From Abditibacteriaceae bacterium (GTDB taxonomy: Bacteria > Armatimonadota > Abditibacteriia > Abditibacteriales > Abditibacteriaceae): a DNA stretch of 13,162 bases. How positions within the stretch are numbered: position 1 is the first letter of the stretch; every line of letters starts with the position of its first letter. The stretch covers positions 1 through 13,162 of the forward strand of contig JANMKN010000340.1 of the NCBI GenBank assembly GCA_031372065.1, written 5' to 3'. Shown here piece by piece: positions 7,185 to 13,162 of the stretch. A program made the position numbers and the translations under genes. The notes beneath the pieces were generated by a model that ran no database searches, had not been told where the DNA came from, and saw nothing but the letters and a program-made list of their open reading frames with translations.

Positions 7185-7520
7185 ATGATGAAACTTATAA
7201 CCGCCATTCACGCCCCGTTTTCTGTGTTGACCGATGAAACCATTGTCGCGCCCTCGGAAATTAATGTTGGAGAAACGACAGACCGCACCAGCGACGGGTT
7301 TCGCGTGCTGCTTTACAACGATGAACATCACTCAATGGACGAAGTGATTTTGCAGTTGCAAAAAGCCACTGGCTGCAATTTGGAAAAAGCCATCGACATT
7401 ATGATCGAAGCGCACACCAAAGGCCGCGCTGTCTGCTACAAAGGCGGGCGCGATGACTGCCAAAAAGTCTGCCGCATCCTGCGCGAAATTCGCCTGCAAT
7501 GCGAAGTAGATTGCGATTAA
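7185..7520 (+). CDS. clpS: ATP-dependent Clp protease adaptor ClpS family protein
   Basis: FRVLLYNDEHHSMDEVILQL and AIDIMIEAHTKGRAVC match the ClpS core. TATAAT at 7125-7130 upstream. Confidence 0.85.
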   Translation: MMKLITAIHAPFSVLTDETIVAPSEINVGETTDRTSDGFRVLLYNDEHHSMDEVILQLQKATGCNLEKAIDIMIEAHTKGRAVCYKGGRDDCQKVCRILREIRLQCEVDCD

Positions 7521-7555
7521 TTAATTCACCGCGTTCTCTGTGGTGAATTTTAAAA

Positions 7556-8245
7556 ATGAATCCTGAAATAGAAACGAGAATGCGTGCTTTGGTTGACGAA
7601 GTTTTGCGTGTCAACCAGCAACTCAATTTAACCTCTATTCGTGAGCCGGACGAAGCATGGACGAAACACATTTTGGATTCGTTGCAAGGCTTGCAAACCG
7701 GACTTTTTGAAGGCACCAAATCGGTTGTAGATGTCGGCAGTGGCGCCGGATTTCCCGGACTTCCACTTGCCATCGCGCGGCCCGATTTGAAAGTGACGCT
7801 GCTTGAATCCACGCGAAAAAAGTGCGATTTTTTGCGTGAAACGATCCAAAAGTTCGAGTTAAACGCCCGAATTCTCAACGAACGTGCCGAAACTGCCGCG
7901 CAAAACAAAGTGTGGCGCGAACGCTATGCCGTTGCGACAGTGCGCGCCGTTGGTTCTCTTAGCGAAGTCTGCGAATTAACGCTGCCACTGGTAAAAGTCG
8001 GAGGCTACGCTGTGTTATGGCGCGGTCAATGGGCCAAAGAAGAAACGCAGGCGGCACGTGGCGTTTTGAAAAGTCTCGGCGGCAAATTACACAGCGTCAC
8101 GCCGTATAATCTGCCCGCCCATCCGCTGCAATTTCACCTTGTTGTCCTCGAAAAGGTGGCCTCAACGCCCGCTAAATTCCCCCGTCGCGAAGGTTTGCCC
8201 AAACATCAGCCGCTTTGTGATTTTGAACCTCCCTCAAATTCGTAA
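7556..8245 (+). CDS. rsmG: 16S rRNA (guanine(527)-N7)-methyltransferase
   Basis: NLTSI, KHILDSL, DVGSGAGFPGLPLAI, LLESTRKKCDFL, RAE, RAV and C-terminal TPAKFPRREGLPKHQPL. Confidence 0.95.
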   Translation: MNPEIETRMRALVDEVLRVNQQLNLTSIREPDEAWTKHILDSLQGLQTGLFEGTKSVVDVGSGAGFPGLPLAIARPDLKVTLLESTRKKCDFLRETIQKFELNARILNERAETAAQNKVWRERYAVATVRAVGSLSEVCELTLPLVKVGGYAVLWRGQWAKEETQAARGVLKSLGGKLHSVTPYNLPAHPLQFHLVVLEKVASTPAKFPRREGLPKHQPLCDFEPPSNS

Positions 8246-8791
8246 GTGAAAAGGACATTTTAGCGCCATGCGCCGCAGCGATTCATCTTCGTGATCTTGC
8301 AATTCAGTCACGTCAACCCAACGCCACGCTTTGGCCTCGTGATTGATTTGCAGCGGTTCATTTGCATTGGCGCGCAGTAAAAAGCGCACATCGTAATGCC
8401 AATGGCCGGGCACGAACGCCTGATTTGCGCCACGTTCGGGAATCCAATGCACATCAACATCGAAAATATCGCTCGAAACGGTGCGCAATGACGTTAAACC
8501 GCTTTCTTCTTGTGCTTCGCGTAGCGCGACACGCAAAACATCGCTATCACCATCGCAATGACCGCCGGGTTGTAGCCAGCGATGTAATTTCGCATGATGC
8601 AACAACAAGACTTGTGTGCCCGTTTTGTTGCTGACCCACGCCGAACCGGTGATGTGGCCGCTTAAAAGTGTGCGCTCGAAGCAGTTTTCGTTTTGCAAAA
8701 CAAAATCGCGGAGGCGTTTTAGCATCGCCGCTTCGGTTTCATCGAACGGCGAATGGGCATTCAATAGATGAAGTAAAGTTTGGCGATGCAT
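8234..8791 (-). CDS. NUDIX hydrolase
   Basis: Nudix box GGHCDGDSDVLRVALREAQEESGL, plus GHITGSAWV and HYDVRF. Confidence 0.92.
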   Translation of the reverse strand: MHRQTLLHLLNAHSPFDETEAAMLKRLRDFVLQNENCFERTLLSGHITGSAWVSNKTGTQVLLLHHAKLHRWLQPGGHCDGDSDVLRVALREAQEESGLTSLRTVSSDIFDVDVHWIPERGANQAFVPGHWHYDVRFLLRANANEPLQINHEAKAWRWVDVTELQDHEDESLRRMALKCPFHLRI

Positions 8792-8869
8792 GAAAAAGAG
8801 TTGCCTGAAAGCGTGTCGTCGCCTTAACTAAGCGAGATGTTACCATTTTTTCGCAAAAAGGAGCCAACT

Positions 8870-9355
8870 GTGGCTAAACAGTATGCAGCACCGCCGGAAA
8901 TGAGCATTGACGTCTCGAAAGATTACGTCGCGACCATCGAAACCAATCGCGGCAGCATCGTTTGCGATCTTTTCGCCGATGCCGCGCCCGTTACGGTCAA
9001 CAACTTCGTGTTTTTATCGAACGAGGGCTTTTACAATGGCGTGACGTTTCACCGTGTGATTGCCGATTTTATGGTTCAAACCGGCGATCCGACAGGGACA
9101 GGCCGTGGTGGGCCGGGTTACCGCTTCAAAGATGAATTTACTGGCAATTCGCATCGCCATGACACGCCCGGCGTGCTTTCGATGGCAAATGCTGGCCCCG
9201 GCACCAATGGCAGCCAGTTTTTCATCACCCACACGCCGACGCCGCATTTGAACAACAAGCACACCGTTTTCGGCAAAGTGCGCGAAGGGCAAAATGTCGT
9301 GGATTCGATTCGCCAAGGCGATGTGATTAACAGCATCACCATAAGCGAAAAGTAG
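8870..9355 (+). CDS. cyclophilin-type peptidyl-prolyl cis-trans isomerase
   Basis: [49 protein letters not shown] and HTVFG. The GTG at 8870 follows an AAGGAG RBS and is preferred over the ATG at 8837. Confidence 0.95.
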   Translation: MAKQYAAPPEMSIDVSKDYVATIETNRGSIVCDLFADAAPVTVNNFVFLSNEGFYNGVTFHRVIADFMVQTGDPTGTGRGGPGYRFKDEFTGNSHRHDTPGVLSMANAGPGTNGSQFFITHTPTPHLNNKHTVFGKVREGQNVVDSIRQGDVINSITISEK

Positions 9356-9386
9356 AATGATTCGCGCGCGATGCGTGGAAAACAAA

Positions 9387-9426
9387 AAAATAGCACCTCT
9401 GGATTGCAATCCAGAGGTGCTATTTT
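9387..9426. terminator. perfect 40-bp palindrome; probable bidirectional terminator between the PPIase and lexA
   Basis: aaaatagcacctctggattg|caatccagaggtgctatttt, with no spacer and A/T tracts at both ends. Confidence 0.75.
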
Positions 9427-9608
9427 GCAATTTAACGCTTCCAGATCATGATTTATGACCTTTGGATTACAATCTATGACTACCAGATTACGATCTATGA
9501 CTCCAAGATTGCAATCTATGACTACCAGATTGCAATCTATGACTTCAAGATTACGATCTATGACTCCAAGATTACGATCTATGACTCCAAGATTACAATC
9601 CAGAGGGC
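9402..9608. repeat. 21-bp tandem repeat array, consensus GATTRCRATCTATGACTHCMA
   Basis: Six well-conserved units start at 9465, 9486, 9507, 9528, 9549 and 9570. Degenerate or terminal in-register units start at 9402, 9423, 9444 and 9591. Confidence 0.95.
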
Positions 9609-9656
9609 ATGAATACAAAAATTTCACTGTATTCCCACTTCTCTGCGGTGGAACAA

Positions 9657-10286
9657 TCAATTCCACGGCGAATGGCGTATTAAACCGCGAAAGGCGCCGA
9701 CGATTTGCACATCTTCGGCGGGAAATTCCATATCTCGATAAAGCGGATTCGAGGCGCGCAGAGTAATGGTATTTTCGCCCGGCTCTTGATGAAAATGTTT
9801 CAGCGTGGCGTCGCCTTCGACTTGCACGGCGGCAATTTCGCCTTTATGCAAGGCCACATCGGGCCGCAATAATACTAAATCGCCTTCTAAAATGCCGTCG
9901 CCGATCATCGAATCGCCTTTGACGCGCAACAAAAAATCGCCGGGGCGCGAGGCTAATACATCGTTGGTATTTTCGGCCCAATCTTCGGCTTGTTCAATCG
10001 CTTCGCTCAGTGGCCCCGCCGGAATGCTACCCAAAATCGGCAAGCCAAAACCATTGGCGGCTTTGCCTTCTTGAGTCAGCGTAATCACGCGCGGTTTGCC
10101 ACGCACGCCGCCTTGGATTTGCACAAATCCCATATTTTGCAGGCGATGCAAAGTCGGCGTCAGGCTCGATTCGCCAGCCAAGCCCATCCGTTCGGCTAAT
10201 TCGCGCACAATTGGGAATCCGCCTTCTTGCCACGCAATCGAAATCTGCTTTAAAACTTCTCTTTGACGCTTGCTTAATTCTTTCAT
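9657..10286 (-). CDS. lexA: LexA-family repressor (wHTH plus S24 peptidase)
   Basis: LSKRQREVL N-terminus, P-x-VRELAERMGL helix, Ala-Gly cleavage site (LGSIPAGP), catalytic Ser (VKGDSM) and catalytic Lys (ATLK). Confidence 0.88.
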   Translation of the reverse strand: MKELSKRQREVLKQISIAWQEGGFPIVRELAERMGLAGESSLTPTLHRLQNMGFVQIQGGVRGKPRVITLTQEGKAANGFGLPILGSIPAGPLSEAIEQAEDWAENTNDVLASRPGDFLLRVKGDSMIGDGILEGDLVLLRPDVALHKGEIAAVQVEGDATLKHFHQEPGENTITLRASNPLYRDMEFPAEDVQIVGAFRGLIRHSPWN

Positions 10287-10323
10287 CTTCGTCTTCCTAC
10301 AAAGGGATATATAAAATATGCCA

Positions 10324-10371
10324 CAAAAACGGCCATGCGGCGCGAAGGAGGCAGTCCCCGCGCCGCATGGC
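10324..10371 (-). terminator. rho-independent terminator after the AAA ATPase gene
   Basis: 13-bp arms gccatgcggcgcg (10332-10344) and cgcgccgcatggc (10359-10371), followed on the minus strand by cgtttttg. Confidence 0.65.
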
Positions 10372-10398
10372 TTGCTGTTGCGCTTAAAAATCGCGCTT

Positions 10399-11454
10399 TT
10401 ACGCCGAAGTTACAGCCGCACGGCCATTGGCGGCGCTAACGGGCGCTTCTTCCAACTCGCCCAAACGTCCGCCCCAATTTGCGGTGTCGCCTTCGTAAGG
10501 GTCATCCTCCGGCGATGCGTCTTTCAAACGAAAATCGCAATTGGGCTGACCAGTTCCGGCGTTGCCGCAAACCCAACCCGCGCCCGATTTGCCGCGCACA
10601 TAACGCGCAGGCACACCGCAATGACACTGAATGGCATCAGACTCGAAACCCTCAACAGGCGCGGCTGCGACGGGCTGTTCGACGCGTGGCGTCGGTGTTT
10701 GCACTGGCGGCGCCACTGGCGCTTCTGAGCGGGCGAAACCATTTTGTTTTTCCGTGCTGGTGCTGCCATCGGATAGCCACGCCACTAATTTTTGCGCGAC
10801 TTCGCGTCCCGCACGCGGAATGACCATGCCTGCCACTGCCGGACAACGCGTTTTGCCGATAATCAAGTTGTTGTCTTGATCTAAATCGGCGACCACATCG
10901 AATTCGTATTCCATGCCGTCGCGCTGCACTGGGGCGAGGCCCACTTTGCGAACCGAAATTTTGCCGGTTTTTTCGTTCTTTTCCTGCACATATTCAGTTT
11001 TAGCGCGCATGGTCGTGATGATATGCAAACGCGCATTCAAAATGGCATCCACCATCGAATTATGCATCGGCGTCACATCGCGCCACGCTGCGAACGTGTT
11101 GCCCGATTGACTGCGCTTCGTGGCACGCGTCACTTGGTCGAGCGCGCCATCTTTGCCCGTCCACGCATGGCTGAGACTATCAATAATCAGCACATTGTAA
11201 CCGGCTTCTTCGGCGGCTTGAATGGCGTCAATGTAATTCTGCGGGCTGAACGATTCCAATTCCAATACATCGAAATCGAAAATGTCCGAATACTTGCTGG
11301 CGCTGCCGCGTTCGGTGTCCACCACGGCAATCGGGCCGCCCAAATGGGTGGCGACGTTTAACGCCGTGTAGGTTTTGCCACTACCCGCGACGCCCATTAA
11401 GGCCATGCGCAGGCGCGATGATTTTTTAGATGCTTTTTGAAAACTCAGGCTCAT
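10399..11454 (-). CDS. AAA_24/Sak4-like P-loop ATPase with a C-terminal GRF-like zinc finger
   Basis: Walker A GVAGSGKT, DTERGS, Walker B LIIDSLSHAW, HIITTMRAK, QRDGMEYEFD and KTR. C-terminal CHCG...WVC...NCDF follows a P/A/T-rich linker. Confidence 0.85.
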   Translation of the reverse strand: MSLSFQKASKKSSRLRMALMGVAGSGKTYTALNVATHLGGPIAVVDTERGSASKYSDIFDFDVLELESFSPQNYIDAIQAAEEAGYNVLIIDSLSHAWTGKDGALDQVTRATKRSQSGNTFAAWRDVTPMHNSMVDAILNARLHIITTMRAKTEYVQEKNEKTGKISVRKVGLAPVQRDGMEYEFDVVADLDQDNNLIIGKTRCPAVAGMVIPRAGREVAQKLVAWLSDGSTSTEKQNGFARSEAPVAPPVQTPTPRVEQPVAAAPVEGFESDAIQCHCGVPARYVRGKSGAGWVCGNAGTGQPNCDFRLKDASPEDDPYEGDTANWGGRLGELEEAPVSAANGRAAVTSA

Positions 11455-11507
11455 GATCGTGTCCTTTCGCGCCCAAAGCGCGGCTTGTCATAGTTCTTGC
11501 TGCGCTT

Positions 11508-12029
11508 TTAAGCGACTTGCAATTCCGGCAAACGGGCGTCCGCCAAACGTGAAACGCTTTTGGAAACTTCTCCTTCGTAATGGAGGCTGTGATCGCTTTC
11601 ATGCAAGCGTCCCAAGCGTTCGTTGAATGAACGCAGCGGAACATAAAGTTCGTCTTCGTCAATGACTTCGGCGATGCGGGCGAAACCATGATCGCCAAAA
11701 GCCTCGCCGGACAAGTCATAATCTTCGTAGTCGTTTTGCGGCGCGTCATATTCCCAACGCGAACGACGCAATTGTGCGGCGCGAAACGCTTCGCGCTCGG
11801 TTTTGATGCGACGCGCGGTTTCCGTTTTGGCTTCTGCCTCGCGCATTTCGATGAGTCGCTGACGGGCGCTGCGCTGCGCCATCACCAGTTGCAAATCGGT
11901 GCGCCATGACAGGTCATCTTCGTCGCGCGCAATCGCTTTGAGCGAGCGCCGCGCCTCGGCCTGCAAACCGCGCAGGAACAAACCAAACATCCCCAACATT
12001 GCCAGCATCCACAGATTTTCCATTGTCAT
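11508..12029 (-). CDS. hypothetical protein with an N-terminal transmembrane helix, about 173 aa
   Basis: GGAGG RBS (12037-12041) precedes the ATG at 12029. Hydrophobic LWMLAMLGMFGLFL is followed by a charged helical region and an acidic region. Confidence 0.7.
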   Translation of the reverse strand: MTMENLWMLAMLGMFGLFLRGLQAEARRSLKAIARDEDDLSWRTDLQLVMAQRSARQRLIEMREAEAKTETARRIKTEREAFRAAQLRRSRWEYDAPQNDYEDYDLSGEAFGDHGFARIAEVIDEDELYVPLRSFNERLGRLHESDHSLHYEGEVSKSVSRLADARLPELQVA

Positions 12030-12251
12030 TGTCGTGCCTCCGTTGCCTTGTCTCTTGTGTTTTCGTTGTTGCTTTTGATTCGCAATCGCCAAATTCGGCT
12101 TTTCTGCAAACCTTGTTTTTCCCGTCGCAATTCATTTTGAATGCGATTCAGCCCGAAAAAAAGCCATTTTCATGCCAAAAATCAAGAAATTTTGCAAAAA
12201 GTCGTGAAATTTAGCGACTTATCCCTATATTTAGGCATTTTTGCTGGCGCC

Positions 12252-12260
12252 TGTGGATAA
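12252..12260. promoter_or_regulatory. consensus DnaA box
   Basis: TGTGGATAA is the reverse complement of TTATCCACA and lies in an AT-rich intergenic region. Function not demonstrated. Confidence 0.4.
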
Positions 12261-12377
12261 GTCATCAGTGATTTCATTACTTCGAGTGAAACGAATCGGA
12301 CGAAAAAAGTCAAGTCCAACGACAAAAAACTCCGACTTTTGAAAAAGCGGAGTCGAAAAACTTGCGAATCGGTGTTT

Positions 12378-12851
12378 TTATAGGTCGTGTTCGCGGCGAA
12401 TCGCTGCGAGCAAACCGGCGCAACCATCTTGCACCAGCAGAAAAACCGTTTCAAAGCCGCCGTCAAAATACGGGTCAGGCACTTCGCGAATAAACGCTTG
12501 TTTGGCGAGGGCGCCGTAATCAAGCAGAGGCACGGCACATTGACTGGTGACGCCAAAAAGTTGATACAAATCGCGGCGGTTTTGCTCGTCCATTATCAAA
12601 ATATAGTCAAATTCTGCGAGATCACTTTCCAAAATCATGCGAGAGCGGCCTTCGTAGGCGATATTGTTTTTTTGCAAAATCGCCAATGTGCCATGGTGCG
12701 CTGGATTTCCTGCGTGCCAATCGCCCGTTCCGGCGGAATCGGCTTCGATTTCGTTTTCGAGTCCGGCCTCTTTGACCATTTGTTGAAAAACCGCTTCGGC
12801 CATAGGCGAGCGGCAAATGTTGCCCATGCAAACAAATAAAACGCGAATCAT
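12378..12851 (-). CDS. low molecular weight protein-tyrosine phosphatase
   Basis: P-loop VLFVCMGNICRSPMAE, DSAGT, FDYILIMD and VPDPY. The ATG at 12851 is preferred; the ORF is open to 12878. Confidence 0.95.
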   Translation of the reverse strand: MIRVLFVCMGNICRSPMAEAVFQQMVKEAGLENEIEADSAGTGDWHAGNPAHHGTLAILQKNNIAYEGRSRMILESDLAEFDYILIMDEQNRRDLYQLFGVTSQCAVPLLDYGALAKQAFIREVPDPYFDGGFETVFLLVQDGCAGLLAAIRREHDL

Positions 12852-12982
12852 GGCGCTCAGTAAAATGAAAACGGGCACAATTTACAACGTGTTCAAGCCC
12901 AGAGCATCAAAAGGTGCCTCGTGCCAGCGCTTTGTATAATTATCTGAGTGCATGACGGATTAAGTTCGAAAGCGACACAAAC

Positions 12983-13162
12983 ATGAAAAAAATCCTTATG
13001 GCCCTGATTGTTGCAATTTCCTTGATGGCAGGGCGCGCCGAAGCCAGAGATAGCACTTGTCTTCTCGGGTGAGAGGTTCGCTGGCGCAGTTTTCGTATAT
13101 TGACTGGCGTGCGGCGGAACACGAATCGGGGTATGGGAAGTTGCTGGAGTCGTGCAGGCCAC
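12983..13162 (+). pseudogene. truncated signal-peptide ORF (12983-13072) overlapping a second frame (13069 to window end) that resembles a TIR-domain C-terminal segment
   Basis: First ORF is MKKILMALIVAISLMAGRAEA-RDSTCLLG*. A GTG overlapping its TGA opens VRGSLAQFSYIDWRAAEHESGYGKLLESCRP. TATAAT at 12935-12940 upstream. Confidence 0.4.

Noticed and set aside
7185..8245. clpS without clpA, and rsmG outside the mnmG-parA cluster
   Set aside because: Such rearrangements are common in many phyla and not informative on their own.
9402..9608. CRISPR array
   Set aside because: Units are contiguous 21-mers with no unique spacers, and there are no cas genes in the window.
9118..9766. Repeat-containing ORFs 9118..9666(-) and 9455..9766(+)
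   Set aside because: They are open only because the 21-bp unit lacks stops in those frames. They overlap the PPIase or lexA on the opposite strand and lack convincing RBSs.
9657..12029. Prophage remnant (CI-like repressor plus Sak4)
   Set aside because: The repressor has a LexA-type wHTH, not a CI/Cro HTH. No integrase, structural or replication genes, and composition matches the host genes.
12162..12178. Sigma54-like promoter TTGGCATGAAAATGGCT on the minus strand
   Set aside because: GG-N10-GC spacing is right, but the -12 element is TGGC, not TTGC, and there is no supporting evidence.

Overview
Bacterial chromosomal window, mostly mid-GC, with an AT-rich insert at about 700-1900. Housekeeping content: a minus-strand sulfur/cysteine operon (Rrf2 regulator, sat, Mec-like JAB protease, PLP cysteine synthase), clpS-rsmG, a NUDIX hydrolase, a cyclophilin PPIase, a LexA-family repressor, a Sak4/AAA_24-like ATPase with a C-terminal GRF-like zinc finger, and a low-molecular-weight tyrosine phosphatase. 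Accessory content: a DUF1801-like gene, an ankyrin-repeat gene, a 321-aa orphan, two small coiled-coil genes (one missed by the ORF track) and several REP/REPIN-like palindromes. The most unusual structure is a roughly 500-bp AT-rich array of degenerate 21-bp units (about 1412-1915). Its left and right halves face in opposite directions, and it lies directly upstream of the promoter of the 321-aa orphan. A second, more homogeneous 21-bp array (9402-9608) starts inside a perfect 40-bp palindrome and stays in register with it. All calls come from reading the sequence; no database searches were run.
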